From assembly GCA_045637925.1 (NCBI GenBank), contig JAZUAL010000035.1, positions 25,390 through 89,389 on the forward strand: a stretch of 64,000 nucleotides of DNA. Direction: 5' to 3'. Of this stretch, positions 42,852 to 54,509 are shown piece by piece. The notes under the pieces are model-generated. The model saw only the letters and a program-made list of their open reading frames with translations. It did no database searches and was not told the DNA's origin. The position numbers and the translations under genes were made by a program. This DNA is from Acutalibacteraceae bacterium. GTDB lineage: Bacteria > Bacillota > Clostridia > Oscillospirales > Acutalibacteraceae. Within the stretch, counting starts at the first letter, position 1; each line of letters starts with the position of its first letter.

Positions 42852-43634
42852 TTGAAGAATTTCAAGGAAATCACAAGCAAAGAAAATTCACTTATCAAGC
42901 TGATTTCACAGTTACAGATTTCAAATAAAGCGCGCAAAGAAAACGGTCTTTTTGTACTCGAAGGACTTAGAATTTGCTTTGATGCATTTGATAACGGAAT
43001 TCTGTTTGATAAGTTAATTATCTCGCAAACTGCTTTTGATAAATATCCCGAGGATGTTGAAAAACTAAGCGAAAAGGCTGAGGAATGCTATAAAATACCT
43101 GATAGTCTTTTTAAAAAAATCAGTGATACTGCATCACCGCAGGGGATTATAGCAGTTTCAAAAATCCCTTCTAGTGACAGCCTTTGGATTAATCCTGATG
43201 GTAGATATATTGCGCTTGAAAATATCGCCGACCCATCAAATTTAGGTGCGGTTGCACGTACTGCAGAGGCGTTGGGAGTAACGGGGATAATTTTATCACA
43301 CGGTGGATGTGACCCATATTCACCTAAAGCCTTGCGTGCTTCGATGGGTACTATTTTGCGACTGCCTGTAATAGTGCTAGAGGACTTTGCAAATGCTTTA
43401 AAGAAAACAGGTCTTAAAACCTATGCTTGTGTTGTTGACAGTAGTGCTAAAAGTGCCTCAGATATTAGTTTTGGTGGCGGCACTGTGCTTATAATCGGAA
43501 ATGAGGCAAACGGAATTACCAACCAAACCAAAGCTTTATCCGATGAGCAAATAACCATTCGTATGAGCGGTAAGGCTGAATCTTTAAATGCGGCTGTTGC
43601 CGCCGCAATTCTGATGTGGGAAATGATGAAGTGA
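42852..43634 (+). CDS. TrmH/SpoU family RNA 2'-O-methyltransferase
   Basis: 260 aa, with the SpoU motifs LENIADPSNLGAVARTA, LIIGNEANG and SLNAAVAAAILMWE. TTG start. Confidence 0.85.
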   Translation: MKNFKEITSKENSLIKLISQLQISNKARKENGLFVLEGLRICFDAFDNGILFDKLIISQTAFDKYPEDVEKLSEKAEECYKIPDSLFKKISDTASPQGIIAVSKIPSSDSLWINPDGRYIALENIADPSNLGAVARTAEALGVTGIILSHGGCDPYSPKALRASMGTILRLPVIVLEDFANALKKTGLKTYACVVDSSAKSASDISFGGGTVLIIGNEANGITNQTKALSDEQITIRMSGKAESLNAAVAAAILMWEMMK

Positions 43635-44776
43635 TTAGGTATTTTATTTGGCTTCAGTGTGCTTTGGGACAAGGAAATGCAAAATCAATTAGAATTTTAG
43701 AGCATTTTGGTTCCGCAGAAGCGGTTTTTAAATCAAGTTTAGAAGAAAGAGCAAAAAGCAGGCTTTTCAGTGTGAAAGAGCTTGCGCGAATGGAAGCGGT
43801 GTCTCTTACTAATTCTCTCGAAATTATGGCTAAGTGCAGAGAAGAGGGTATTGATATAATTCCTTTTGGAGATACACGGTATCCTGCTTGCTTGGCTAAT
43901 ATTTGCGATGTACCATTGGTGATTTATGTAAAGGGTAAAATGCCTGATTTTGATAATCTGCCCGCGGTTACTATTGTTGGACCGCGAAAAGTTAGTGAAT
44001 TCGGTAAGAAGGCAGCATATTCGTTAGGGTATCGTTTGGCGGCTTCAGGTATAACCGTTGTCAGCGGCGGTGCTTTAGGAACCGACACCTATGCACACGC
44101 AGGCGCATTAAAGGCGGGCGGTAAAACAGTGATGTGTCTCGGATGTGGAATTTGCAGTGATTATCTTAAAGAAAATGCAAAGCTTAGAAATGCTGTTTCA
44201 AAAAGCGGATGTCTTATAAGCGAATATCCGCCAGATGCTGAGGCTTCGCGTTACACATTTCCTATAAGAAACCGAATTATGTCGGCTTTAGGATTGGGTA
44301 CGGTTGTTATTGAAGCTGGTGTAAAAAGCGGTTCTCTAATAACTGCAAGACACGCTAATGAACAGGGTAGGGATGTTTTTGTGATTCCCGGTTCACCAGA
44401 TGATAAAAAATATGCAGGCTCTAATAGTCTTTTGCGTGACGGTGCAAAACCTCTTTTAGATGTTAGCGATATTTTTAATGAATATATTTTGCAGTTTCCC
44501 GATAAAATCAATATAGGTAAAGCTTATGATAAGCCGATTATTAACAAGAAAACCAAGACGGAAGCCAAGGTTTTCGAAAAAAATGAAAAAATTTTGATTA
44601 AAACTCTTTCAAAAGAGGCAGAAATAGTGTATAATTATCTAGATAAGCAGATTTTTCTGCCCGAAGAAATTAATGCCCCTGAGCTTAGCGGCAGTCAGCT
44701 GTTAGCCGCTTTAACCGAGCTGGAAATGGAATTTTTGATTGAGGCTATGCCTGGCGGCAGATATAAAAAACTTTAG
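43616..44776 (+). CDS. dprA: DNA-processing protein DprA (Smf)
   Basis: The Rossmann-like core shows VTIVGPRKVSEFGKKAAYSLGYRLAASGITVVSGGALGTDTYAHAGAL and FPIRNRIMSALGLGTVVIEAGVKSGSLITA. The start is uncertain: GTG 43616 or GTG 43631, the latter overlapping the upstream TGA. Confidence 0.88.
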   Translation: MGNDEVIRYFIWLQCALGQGNAKSIRILEHFGSAEAVFKSSLEERAKSRLFSVKELARMEAVSLTNSLEIMAKCREEGIDIIPFGDTRYPACLANICDVPLVIYVKGKMPDFDNLPAVTIVGPRKVSEFGKKAAYSLGYRLAASGITVVSGGALGTDTYAHAGALKAGGKTVMCLGCGICSDYLKENAKLRNAVSKSGCLISEYPPDAEASRYTFPIRNRIMSALGLGTVVIEAGVKSGSLITARHANEQGRDVFVIPGSPDDKKYAGSNSLLRDGAKPLLDVSDIFNEYILQFPDKINIGKAYDKPIINKKTKTEAKVFEKNEKILIKTLSKEAEIVYNYLDKQIFLPEEINAPELSGSQLLAALTELEMEFLIEAMPGGRYKKL

Positions 44777-44805
44777 CCTTTAAGATTATTTATAGGAGGA
44801 AATAT

Positions 44806-46908
44806 ATGTCCAAGCTTTTAATTGTTGAGTCTCCAACTAAAGTGAAGAGTATAAAAAAATATCTTGGCAGTGGTTATAACGTAATGGCTTCAATGGGCCA
44901 TATACGTGATTTGCCTAAATCAAAGCTAGGTGTTGATATAGAAAACGGTTTTGCTCCGCAATACCAAAATTTGCCCGAAAAAAAAGAGCTTATTAAATCC
45001 TTAAAGCAAGCGGCTGCTGATTGTGATGAAGTATATCTGGCAACCGACCCTGACAGAGAGGGTGAGGCTATTTCTTGGCATTTAGCACAGCTTTTGGCAC
45101 TTAATCCCCAAGATGCAAACCGTGTTACTTTTAATGAAATCACCGAATCAGGTGTTAAAAGCGGAATTAAAGCACCGCGCAAGCTTGATATGAGCCTTGT
45201 TGACGCGCAGCAGGCCCGTCGTGTGCTTGATAGAATTGTTGGCTATAAGCTTAGCCCATTACTATGGAAAAAGGTGAAGAGCGGTCTGTCGGCAGGTCGT
45301 GTTCAAACGGTTGCACTTCGACTTATTGTTGAGCGTGAGCGTGAAATTGAAAAATTTATTTCAGAGGAGTATTGGTCTATTGATGCGAAGCTAGCATCGG
45401 GAAGAAGAACCTTTATTGCTAAACTTTTTGGTGATAAGAACGGTAATAAAATTGATACAATAGAAAACGGTGAACAGGCAGAAAAAATCGTTAACAGCCT
45501 TTTGGGTGCAACATACACCGTATCTGAAATAAAAAAAGGTAAGCGCAACCGCCAGCCTGCACCCCCGTTTATTACTTCAACGCTTCAACAGGAAGCATCC
45601 CGTAAATTAGGCTATACAGGTCAAAAAACAATGCGTATTGCACAACAACTCTATGAAGGTGTTGATATTTTAGGTCATGGTGTTACAGGTCTTATAACCT
45701 ATATGCGTACTGACTCACTCCGCATTTCAGAAGAGGCAAGAGCGGCTGCAAATCAGTATATAGTTGGTCGTTACGGTGAAAAATATTTGCCATCATCACC
45801 TAGATATTTTAAAACAAAGAGCGGCGCTCAGGATGCTCACGAGGCAATTCGTCCTACTGTTATCGGTATTACACCTGAACAGGCTCAGGCTTCGTTGACA
45901 AATGAGCAATATAAACTGTATAAGCTCATTTGGGAACGCTTTATTGCATCCCTTATGGCAGTTTGCGTTCAAAAGACGGTTAATGTTGTTATAACAGCTG
46001 GTGATTATCTGTTCAAAGCAAGCGGTTATTCAGTTGATTTTGACGGTTTTACCATACTTTATGAAGAGGGGAAGGATGAGGAGAACGAAAATGAAGTCAG
46101 AATTCCCGAGGATATGACCGAGGGCGAAATTCTAAAGCTTCGTGACCTTACTCCGAATCAGCACTTTACTCAACCACCGCCGAGATACACCGAGCCAACA
46201 CTTATCAAGGCGTTGGATGAAAACGGTATCGGCAGACCTTCAACCTATGCACCGATATTATCAAATATTATGAATCGTGACTATATCGAGCGCATTAAAA
46301 AGGTGCTAAAGCCAACTAATCTTGGTATGGTTGTATCAGACTTAATGACACAATATTTCGATAAAATTTTTGATGTTAAATTTACCGCGGCGCTTGAAGT
46401 AAAGCTTGATAAAATTGGCTCAGGTGATCTTCAGTGGGTTGATACCATTAAGAATTTCTATAATGATTTTGATAAACTTTTCAAGAAGGCAGAAGAAGCT
46501 CTTGACGGAAAGCGGGTTAAGGTGCCTGTAGTTGAAACCGAGGTTATCTGTGAAAAGTGTGGCAGTAAAATGGTTGTACGCTCAAGCCGATTTGGAAAAT
46601 TTTTGGCTTGTCCTAATTATCCTCAGTGCAAGAACACAAAGCCTGTACCCGAGGATGAGGTAAAGGAGCCTTGCCCGAAATGTGGTGCAAAGCTTATAAA
46701 ACGCACCTCTAAAAAAGGCAAGAAGTTCTATGGCTGTTCAAATTATCCTAAATGTGATTTTGCTGCTCCAGGTATTCCTACGGGTGAAACCTGTAAGGAG
46801 TGCGGCGGATACATGATTAAGGGAATAAGAGGAAGAAATTATTGTATTAATGCCGATTGTCCTTCAAGACAGAAAAAAACCACTAAAAAGAATAAGGATA
46901 CCGAATAA
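44806..46908 (+). CDS. topA: DNA topoisomerase I
   Basis: The 700-aa ORF has a Toprim domain ([27 protein letters not shown]) and the active-site region ITYMRTDS. Three C-terminal C4 zinc ribbons are present. Confidence 0.96.
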   Translation: MSKLLIVESPTKVKSIKKYLGSGYNVMASMGHIRDLPKSKLGVDIENGFAPQYQNLPEKKELIKSLKQAAADCDEVYLATDPDREGEAISWHLAQLLALNPQDANRVTFNEITESGVKSGIKAPRKLDMSLVDAQQARRVLDRIVGYKLSPLLWKKVKSGLSAGRVQTVALRLIVEREREIEKFISEEYWSIDAKLASGRRTFIAKLFGDKNGNKIDTIENGEQAEKIVNSLLGATYTVSEIKKGKRNRQPAPPFITSTLQQEASRKLGYTGQKTMRIAQQLYEGVDILGHGVTGLITYMRTDSLRISEEARAAANQYIVGRYGEKYLPSSPRYFKTKSGAQDAHEAIRPTVIGITPEQAQASLTNEQYKLYKLIWERFIASLMAVCVQKTVNVVITAGDYLFKASGYSVDFDGFTILYEEGKDEENENEVRIPEDMTEGEILKLRDLTPNQHFTQPPPRYTEPTLIKALDENGIGRPSTYAPILSNIMNRDYIERIKKVLKPTNLGMVVSDLMTQYFDKIFDVKFTAALEVKLDKIGSGDLQWVDTIKNFYNDFDKLFKKAEEALDGKRVKVPVVETEVICEKCGSKMVVRSSRFGKFLACPNYPQCKNTKPVPEDEVKEPCPKCGAKLIKRTSKKGKKFYGCSNYPKCDFAAPGIPTGETCKECGGYMIKGIRGRNYCINADCPSRQKKTTKKNKDTE

Positions 46909-48206
46909 TGAAAGAAATTAAGGTTTTGGGAGCAGGACTTGCAGGATGTGAAGCTGCTTGGCAGATAGCTAATAAGGGCTATAAGGTGCGGCTAATTGAA
47001 ATGAAACCTCTTAAAAAAAGTCCCGCTCACAAAAACGATAACTTTGCTGAGCTAGTTTGTTCAAATTCTTTAAAGGCGGCACGTATAGATTCGGCGGCAG
47101 GTCTTTTAAAGGAAGAAATGCGAAAATTCGGCTCGGTTTGTTTAATGGCGGCTGCAGAGTGTTCAGTTGCAGCTGGTGGTGCTTTAGCGGTTGACCGTGA
47201 CATTTTTTCGAAGCTCATAACTGAAAAAATAAAATCCCACCCCAATATTGAAATTGAACACAGTATTGTGAATAAAATTCCAAGGGATTGTATAACAGTT
47301 GTCGCAACAGGTCCACTTACCGACGGTGAGTTAGCGGAGGATATAAGTGAGCTTTGTAGCGGTGAGAATTTTAGCTTTTACGATGCAGCAGCACCTATCA
47401 TTACTGCTGACAGTATTGATATGAGTAAGGCTTTTTTTGCTTCACGCTACGGTAAGGGTACGGATGATTATATCAACTGTCCTATGAACAAGGACGAGTA
47501 TACCTCTTTTCACAAAGAGCTTATTAATGCCGAAAGCGCACCGCTTAAGGAGTTTGATAAACCTCTTACGGTGTATGAAGGCTGTATGCCTATTGAGGTT
47601 TTGGCAAAACGCGGCGAGGATTCAATTCGTTTTGGACCGCTAAAACCTGTTGGTCTTACCGACCCGCGTACCGACAGAAGACCTTGGGCGGCAGTGCAGT
47701 TAAGACGTGAGAACGCAGAAGGCACACTGTTTAATATAGTGGGTTTTCAAACAAATCTTAAATTTTCTGAACAAAAAAGAGTATTTTCCATGATACCCGG
47801 TTTAGAGAATGCAGAGTTTATGCGTTATGGGGTTATGCATAGAAATACGTTTATTAATTCCCCAAAGCTATTAAATAGGGATTTATCGTTAAGAAAAAAT
47901 GAAAATATATTCTTCGCGGGTCAAATTTCGGGCGTTGAGGGTTATATGGAATCTGCAGCTAGCGGAATTATTGCAGGAATTAATGCGGTTGCAAGGCTTG
48001 AAAGAAAAAATCACTTGGTATTACCGAATATTAGTATGATTGGTGCCCTACTTGGATATATAACCGATGAACGTGTCCAAAAATTTCAGCCTATGGGTGC
48101 TAACTTTGGGATACTTCCTGAGCTGAATATAAGAATTAAGGACAAGAAAGAGCGTTATGCGGCACTTTCACAGAGGTCACTAAATTGGTTTGAAAAGGAG
48201 CTTTAA
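46908..48206 (+). CDS. trmFO: methylenetetrahydrofolate--tRNA-(uracil-5-)-methyltransferase TrmFO
   Basis: 432 aa, with the FAD motif [22 protein letters not shown] and [19 protein letters not shown]. Confidence 0.93.
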   Translation: MKEIKVLGAGLAGCEAAWQIANKGYKVRLIEMKPLKKSPAHKNDNFAELVCSNSLKAARIDSAAGLLKEEMRKFGSVCLMAAAECSVAAGGALAVDRDIFSKLITEKIKSHPNIEIEHSIVNKIPRDCITVVATGPLTDGELAEDISELCSGENFSFYDAAAPIITADSIDMSKAFFASRYGKGTDDYINCPMNKDEYTSFHKELINAESAPLKEFDKPLTVYEGCMPIEVLAKRGEDSIRFGPLKPVGLTDPRTDRRPWAAVQLRRENAEGTLFNIVGFQTNLKFSEQKRVFSMIPGLENAEFMRYGVMHRNTFINSPKLLNRDLSLRKNENIFFAGQISGVEGYMESAASGIIAGINAVARLERKNHLVLPNISMIGALLGYITDERVQKFQPMGANFGILPELNIRIKDKKERYAALSQRSLNWFEKEL

Positions 48207-48207
48207 A

Positions 48208-49194
48208 ATGCGTGTAGTTGTAGATGCTTTTGGCGGAGATAATGCACCCTTGGAAATTGTGAAGGGTGCGGCGATGGCTTCAAAGGAATTAGGCGTTGAT
48301 ATTACTCTTACTGGTAATAAAGAAACGATAGAGAACATTATTAAGGAAAATGGATTTGAGTTTAACGGTGAGCTTTTAATTGTTCATACCGCGGATATTA
48401 TTTCAATGCATGATGACCCCACAACGCTTTTAAAGGCTCATAGCGAAAGTTCAATGGCCTTGGCATTTAAAGAGCTTAGCGAGGGAAGAGCAGATGCTTT
48501 TGTTTCAGCAGGCTCTACGGGCGCTATTGTAGTGGGAGGCACCCTTTTAATCAAGCGTATAAAAGGAATTAAGCGTCCGGCACTTGCTGGTCTTATTCCG
48601 TCTCCAAACGGTCACTATATGCTTATGGATATGGGAGCTAATGCAGAGTGCAGACCCGAAATGCTAGAACAGTTTGGTATTATGGCAAGCGCATATTTAT
48701 GTCGTGTCGAGGGCATCAATAATCCCAAAATCGGACTTCTTAATATCGGTGTTGAGGATAGCAAGGGTGGAGAGCTTCAAAAAGAGGCATATAAACTCCT
48801 TAGTGAAGCGCCAATTAATTTTGTTGGTAATATTGAATCAAGAGAAATGCCAAAGGGTGTTTGTGATGCTATTATTACAGACGGTTTTACAGGTAACATT
48901 GCTCTAAAGCTTATTGAGGGTACAGCAATTACCTTCTTCAAGCTGATTAAGAATGCACTATTTAAGAATATATTTAACAAATTAGCCGCTTTAGTTATAA
49001 AGAAGGATTTATATTCTTTGAAAAGTATGATGGATAGCTCTGAGGTGGGCGGCGCGCCACTTTTGGGTGTTAAAAAACCTGTTATTAAGGCGCACGGCAG
49101 CTCCGATGCTAAGGCTATTAAAAATGCAATACGTCAGGCTGTTATATTTACACAGAACGGTGTTATAGATGCTATTTCAGAGCAACTTACATAA
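48208..49194 (+). CDS. plsX: phosphate acyltransferase PlsX
   Basis: MRVVVDAFGGDNAP, SAGSTGA and GFTGNIALK are present. The start is taken at ATG 48208, after the trmFO stop. Confidence 0.93.
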   Translation: MRVVVDAFGGDNAPLEIVKGAAMASKELGVDITLTGNKETIENIIKENGFEFNGELLIVHTADIISMHDDPTTLLKAHSESSMALAFKELSEGRADAFVSAGSTGAIVVGGTLLIKRIKGIKRPALAGLIPSPNGHYMLMDMGANAECRPEMLEQFGIMASAYLCRVEGINNPKIGLLNIGVEDSKGGELQKEAYKLLSEAPINFVGNIESREMPKGVCDAIITDGFTGNIALKLIEGTAITFFKLIKNALFKNIFNKLAALVIKKDLYSLKSMMDSSEVGGAPLLGVKKPVIKAHGSSDAKAIKNAIRQAVIFTQNGVIDAISEQLT

Positions 49195-49214
49195 AATTTA
49201 AAAGGAAATTTACG

Positions 49215-49895
49215 ATGAGGATTTTAGAAAAAAACCTTGGCTATTCCTTTAAAAACGAAGCATTGCTTATAAATGCGCTTACGCATTCCTCATATGCTAA
49301 TGAAGCGAGGGATGGTGTGAGCTCTAATGAAAGACTTGAGTTTTTAGGCGATTCGGTTTTATCGGTGATAGTTTCTGATTATTTATACAAACGATTTGGA
49401 AATCTGCCAGAGGGTGAGCTCACAAAACTGAGAGCGTCCTTAGTGTGTGAAAAATCGCTTTGCGGTTTTTCAAGAGAGCTGAGTATTGGTGAATTTTTGC
49501 ATCTTGGTAAGGGTGAAGAAAAAGGCGGCGGAAGAGAAAGAGATTCTATTTTAGCAGATGCTTTTGAAGCTGTGCTTGCCGCAATATATCTCGACAGCGA
49601 TTTGGAAACAGCATCAAAATTTGTTATGCGATTTGTTCTGAAGGAATTAAATCATACCGATGATGAGGCGTTTAAGGACTATAAAACCGCTTTGCAAGAG
49701 ATAATTCAACGAAACCCTGAAGAATATGTAACATATATTCTGACTGGTGAAAGCGGTCCTGACCATGATAAACTCTTCGAGGTTGAGGTTCATCTTAACT
49801 CTAATGTTATAGGTAAGGGTAAGGGCAAGTCTAAAAAACAGGCAGAGCAGATGGCGGCTAAACAGGCACTTAGTCTTATGGGTGCTGAAATATGA
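49215..49895 (+). CDS. rnc: ribonuclease III
   Basis: 226 aa, with the signature NERLEFLGDSVL and a catalytic ADAFEA segment. The C-terminal dsRBD reads GPDHDKLFEVEVHLNSNVIGKGKGKSKKQAEQMAAKQAL. Confidence 0.95.
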   Translation: MRILEKNLGYSFKNEALLINALTHSSYANEARDGVSSNERLEFLGDSVLSVIVSDYLYKRFGNLPEGELTKLRASLVCEKSLCGFSRELSIGEFLHLGKGEEKGGGRERDSILADAFEAVLAAIYLDSDLETASKFVMRFVLKELNHTDDEAFKDYKTALQEIIQRNPEEYVTYILTGESGPDHDKLFEVEVHLNSNVIGKGKGKSKKQAEQMAAKQALSLMGAEI

Positions 49896-50887
49896 GTGCG
49901 GTTCACTCTAATATATCAATTTTTGTGCCACATATTGGTTGCCCAAATAAGTGTAGCTTTTGTAATCAACGATATATAACCGGCGTTTGCAAAGCACCGA
50001 GAGAAAAGGATGTAATTTCTGCGGTTACTGCGGCTAAAAAATCTCCTAAATATGACCCGTCAACTACCGAAATTGCATTTTTTGGCGGAAGCTTTACTGC
50101 AATTAACCGCAACTATATGATGGGACTTCTTGAGGTTGCTTACCGTTTTGTTGAATGCGGTGAGGTAAAGGGAATTAGAATTTCTACCCGTCCAGATGCT
50201 ATTGACCGAGAAATCTTAGAGATTTTAAAAGCACACGGGGTTACAGCTATAGAGCTTGGCGCACAAAGCTTGGTAGCAAGGGTTCTTAAAATGAATAACC
50301 GAGGTCATACCGCGCAAGATGTAGTAAATGCTTCAAGGCTTATAAGGGAATATGGCTTTGAATTGGGGCTTCAGATAATGACAGGCCTTTATTGTGACAG
50401 CGACGAGGGCGCAATAAAGACAGCTAAAAAGGTGATTGATATAGCACCCGATACGGTAAGAATTTATCCTACTATAGTTTTAAAGGATACTGACCTAGGC
50501 GTGCTTTATGAGGATGGTAAGTATTATCCTCAGACATTAGGTGAAGCTGTAGAATTAGCGTCAAAACTTTATACTATGTTTTCCGATAACGGTATCAGAG
50601 TTATAAGGCTAGGTTTGCACTCTATAGAAGAAAAAGCTTATCTTGCAGGTCCTTGGCATCCTGCATTCAGCGAGCTTTGCCAATCACAGATAATGCTTAA
50701 TAAAGCTATAAAACAGCTTAGTACAATCGGAAATTATAAAATTTATGTCGGCAAAAGCGATGTTTCAAAAATGATAGGACAAAAGAAAAGCAATATATTG
50801 CATTTAGAGACATTGGGATATTTTTGTAAGGTTTTTGAAAAAGACGGAATAGAGTCACTTAATCTTGAAATTGAAAGGGAAGTGTAA
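49892..50887 (+). CDS. radical SAM protein (ELP3-like N-terminal domain family)
   Basis: The CxxxCxxC cluster motif is HIGCPNKCSFCNQ. A TIM-barrel-like core shows GGSFTA and ELGAQS. It lies between rnc and smc. Confidence 0.75.
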   Translation: MSAVHSNISIFVPHIGCPNKCSFCNQRYITGVCKAPREKDVISAVTAAKKSPKYDPSTTEIAFFGGSFTAINRNYMMGLLEVAYRFVECGEVKGIRISTRPDAIDREILEILKAHGVTAIELGAQSLVARVLKMNNRGHTAQDVVNASRLIREYGFELGLQIMTGLYCDSDEGAIKTAKKVIDIAPDTVRIYPTIVLKDTDLGVLYEDGKYYPQTLGEAVELASKLYTMFSDNGIRVIRLGLHSIEEKAYLAGPWHPAFSELCQSQIMLNKAIKQLSTIGNYKIYVGKSDVSKMIGQKKSNILHLETLGYFCKVFEKDGIESLNLEIEREV

Positions 50888-50892
50888 CAAAG

Positions 50893-53800
50893 ATGCTGTT
50901 AAGCTCAATAGAAATACAGGGCTTTAAATCCTTTGCGGATAAAACAGTTTTAAAATTCGGCAAGGGCATAACTGCAGTTGTAGGTCCTAACGGTAGCGGA
51001 AAAAGTAATATTTCCGATGCTGTGCGTTGGGTGCTTGGAGAACAGTCTACTAAAAGTCTTCGCGGTCAGTCTATGGAGGATGTTATTTTTGGGGGCACAG
51101 AAACCCGTCGTCCTCATGGATTTTGTGAAGTTACCCTTAACATAAATAATACAGACCGTACCCTAAATTTTGATAATGATTTCGTAGCAATTACAAGGCG
51201 TTATTACCGTTCTCATGAAAGTGAGTATGCTATAAACGGTGTTTCTGTGCGCCTTAAGGATATACATGAGTTGTTTATGGATACAGGTCTTGGTCGTGAC
51301 GGTTATTCAATGATTGGTCAGGGTAAGATTGACAATATAATAAGTTCAAAATCGGGCGAACGCCGTGATATTTTTGAAGAGGCGGCTGGAATTTCAAAAT
51401 ACCGTTACCGTAAAATAGAGGCTGAAAGAAAACTTACCGCTGCTGAGGACAACCTGCTTCGTCTTCATGATATTCTTGATGAATTGGAGTCTCGTGTGGG
51501 CCCTTTGGCGGAACAGAGTCGAAAGGCTCAGAAGTTTTTAGAGCTTGCCGACCAAAAGAAAGAGCTTGAAATCGGGCTTTGGCTTTATACCCTTAATAAT
51601 TCTAAGGATGCACTTAGAAATCAGGAAAGCAAAATTGCAGCGGCACAACTTTCATACCGTGAAATAGAAGAGGCTTTAGAAGAATTTGACCGTAAAACTG
51701 AGCAAAATACTGCTTATTTTGCAAGGCTTACCTCTGATATTGAGGGTGAGAGACTGAACATTTCTTCTACTAACGAGGAAATTGTTAAGCAAAACGGAGA
51801 AATTGCTGTAATTGAAAATAATATCACATATAATAACGAAAATATTGCAAGACTTATAGAAGAAAAGCGAGTTTTGGGACGTACAGATAGTGAGGCTTTT
51901 GCAGAAATAGAGGAAAAGCATTCACTAGCTGATAAAAAACTTCAAGAGCGTGTAGCCCTTGAGGAAAAGCTTCGTGCCTTAGAAACAGAGCTTTCAGAAT
52001 TATTGAGTGACAGTGACAGTATTTCAAGGAAAATTGAGGCACAGATAAGAGCACTTAATACACTTTCTGCCCAAAGTGCTGATATGCGTGTGGAAATGGT
52101 TACTGCTGATACTGCTATTGAGGAAATCAACAGCAGAGGGGCTAACTCTCATGAACAGATTAACCAGTACACAGCTGATATTGAAAAGCTTGATAGTGAG
52201 TTTTCTGAAACCGAAGTTTTACTTAAAAAATTCGAAGAAATTATCCAGAGCAATAATAATGTTTTAAAGGGTTATGAGCTTCGTCTTGCTTCAAAGGTAC
52301 AGGTAGCTGATAACCTAAAGCAAGAACTCGATTTACTTAATCTTGATACCGAGGCGAAGCGTCGCAGAATGCAGATTTTGCGTGAGCTTGAAAATAATAT
52401 GGAAGGCTTCGGTCATGCTGTTAAAACTGTTATGAAACAGGCAGAAACGGGAATTTTAAAGGGAATATGCGGTCCTGTTTCTAAACTTATCCGAGTGGAT
52501 AAGGAATATAGTATTGCAATAGAAACCGCATTGGCGGCGGCAATACAAAATGTTATTACTGAAACCGAGGCCGATGCTAAGAGGGCAATTAATTATCTTA
52601 AAACCTCTGGCGGTGGTAGAGCAACATTTTTACCCGTTGCCACAATTAAATCACGCGAATTTAAAGAAGAGGGCTTTGAAAAGCTTTTTGGCTTCGTGGG
52701 TATTGCCTCCGATTTGGTTGACACCGATGAAAAATACCGTGAAATTATAAAGTATCTTTTAGGTGGTGCAGTTGTTGCTGAGGATATTGACAGCGCGGCT
52801 ACTATTGCTAAAAAATACGGTTACAGAATTAAGGTTGTAACCCTTGACGGTCAAGTGATTAATCCGGGTGGTTCTCTTACGGGTGGTTCACTTGTGAAAA
52901 ACGCAGGTATTTTAAGCCGTACATCTGACATTGAAAAAATGGAGGAAGAAATTAAAGCTTCTGTACAAAAGGCTGAGGAGTTGGGTGCTAAACTTACTGC
53001 GGCTAATGAGGCTGTTGCTTTGGTTGAAGCTGATATAACATCCGCCAAGGCAGAGCTTACAACTGCCAATGAGGACAAAATCAGAGCTTTAGCAGAGCTT
53101 AAAAGAATTGACGATTTACGCGAGAATGTAAAAGTTGCTTTAAAACAATTAACAGATGAGCAAATTTCTAATGATGAAAAGCTTGAAAAATTAAAAGGGC
53201 AGTCTGTAGCTGCTGCAATTAAAATCACCGAGCTTGACGCCAAGAAAACCGAACTACAGTCTGAAATCGACAAAATGACGGGCGGTAGAGATTCTCTTAA
53301 TGAAACCAGAGAAAAAATCACTGCGGATATTACCTCAAACAAGCTTTTAATTATAGAGGCAGATAAGGATATAGAACAGCTTAATGCCGCTGCTGATGCA
53401 TTAGAACAGCTTATTTCCTCAAGAAGTAAGCGAAGTGGCGAGATTGATTTAGAAATAGATGCAATCGGTAATAAGAATAATGATTTAAATCTTAAAATTA
53501 CCGAAATTAATACCTTTATTGAAAATCTAAAGCAAAAAATTGCTTTCAGTGAGCATAGTATCACCGAAATGCTTGAAAAACGCAATCAAACCGAAAAAGC
53601 GGGTATTGAGCTTAGAAACAGCGAAAGAGAAAAGACTCTTCGTCGCGAGCAAATTGGTGGCGAGTTAGCTCGACTTACTGAACGCAAAGAAGTTATGCTA
53701 AGAGAGTATGATGAGGTAATTAAAAGGCTTTATGACGAATATCAGTTAACCCGTAGCGAAGCTGAGAAGGTAGCAAGCGAGCCTGAAAATCCAAATGAAG

Positions 53801-54474
53801 CCAAGAAAACTCTTGCTGAAATCAAAGGCAAAATTAGAAATCTTGGTAGCGTCAATGTTTCGGCTATTGAGGAATATAAAGAGGTTAAGGAGCGCTATGA
53901 TTTCTTATCCGCACAGATTGAGGATGTTGAAAAATCACGTGCTGAACTTTATAAGTTGATTAATCAGCTTACAACTCAAATGCGCGATATATTCACAGAG
54001 GGATTTGAAAAGATTAATGCTAATTTTTCAAAAACTTTTACAGAGCTCTTTGGAGGAGGTATGGCAGGACTTTCTCTTACCGACCCTGAAAATGTGCTTG
54101 AAAGCGGAATTGATATTAATGTTAAGCTACCCGGTAAAAATGTTCCGAGCATAGACGGTCTGTCGGGTGGTGAAAAGGCAATAGTAGCTCTTTCTATCTA
54201 TTTTGCCATTATGCGACTTAGTGCGCCGCCTTTCTGTTTTCTTGATGAGGTTGATACTGCACTTGACGACATCAATGTGGATAGAATTGCAGCATATATG
54301 AAAAACTCACAGTTTGCTACTCAGTTTATTTGTGTTACTCACCGCAGGGGTACTATGGAAGCGGCTGATATGCTTTACGGTGTTACAATGCAAGAAAAAG
54401 GTGTAACAAAGCTATTGGAACTTAATGTAGCAGAGCTAGAAAAGAAATTGCTTGAAAATAATCAGGGCGCATAA
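50893..54474 (+). CDS. smc: chromosome segregation protein SMC
   Basis: The 1193-aa ORF has an N-terminal Walker A VVGPNGSGKSNISDAV and long coiled coils. The hinge shows GICGPVSKLI...GGRATFLP. The C-terminal signature is LSGGEKAIVALS with Walker B FCFLDEVDTALD. Confidence 0.96.
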   Translation: MLLSSIEIQGFKSFADKTVLKFGKGITAVVGPNGSGKSNISDAVRWVLGEQSTKSLRGQSMEDVIFGGTETRRPHGFCEVTLNINNTDRTLNFDNDFVAITRRYYRSHESEYAINGVSVRLKDIHELFMDTGLGRDGYSMIGQGKIDNIISSKSGERRDIFEEAAGISKYRYRKIEAERKLTAAEDNLLRLHDILDELESRVGPLAEQSRKAQKFLELADQKKELEIGLWLYTLNNSKDALRNQESKIAAAQLSYREIEEALEEFDRKTEQNTAYFARLTSDIEGERLNISSTNEEIVKQNGEIAVIENNITYNNENIARLIEEKRVLGRTDSEAFAEIEEKHSLADKKLQERVALEEKLRALETELSELLSDSDSISRKIEAQIRALNTLSAQSADMRVEMVTADTAIEEINSRGANSHEQINQYTADIEKLDSEFSETEVLLKKFEEIIQSNNNVLKGYELRLASKVQVADNLKQELDLLNLDTEAKRRRMQILRELENNMEGFGHAVKTVMKQAETGILKGICGPVSKLIRVDKEYSIAIETALAAAIQNVITETEADAKRAINYLKTSGGGRATFLPVATIKSREFKEEGFEKLFGFVGIASDLVDTDEKYREIIKYLLGGAVVAEDIDSAATIAKKYGYRIKVVTLDGQVINPGGSLTGGSLVKNAGILSRTSDIEKMEEEIKASVQKAEELGAKLTAANEAVALVEADITSAKAELTTANEDKIRALAELKRIDDLRENVKVALKQLTDEQISNDEKLEKLKGQSVAAAIKITELDAKKTELQSEIDKMTGGRDSLNETREKITADITSNKLLIIEADKDIEQLNAAADALEQLISSRSKRSGEIDLEIDAIGNKNNDLNLKITEINTFIENLKQKIAFSEHSITEMLEKRNQTEKAGIELRNSEREKTLRREQIGGELARLTERKEVMLREYDEVIKRLYDEYQLTRSEAEKVASEPENPNEAKKTLAEIKGKIRNLGSVNVSAIEEYKEVKERYDFLSAQIEDVEKSRAELYKLINQLTTQMRDIFTEGFEKINANFSKTFTELFGGGMAGLSLTDPENVLESGIDINVKLPGKNVPSIDGLSGGEKAIVALSIYFAIMRLSAPPFCFLDEVDTALDDINVDRIAAYMKNSQFATQFICVTHRRGTMEAADMLYGVTMQEKGVTKLLELNVAELEKKLLENNQGA

Positions 54475-54509
54475 TTTGTGATAATTTTATTAGATTAACA
54501 GGTGATGAA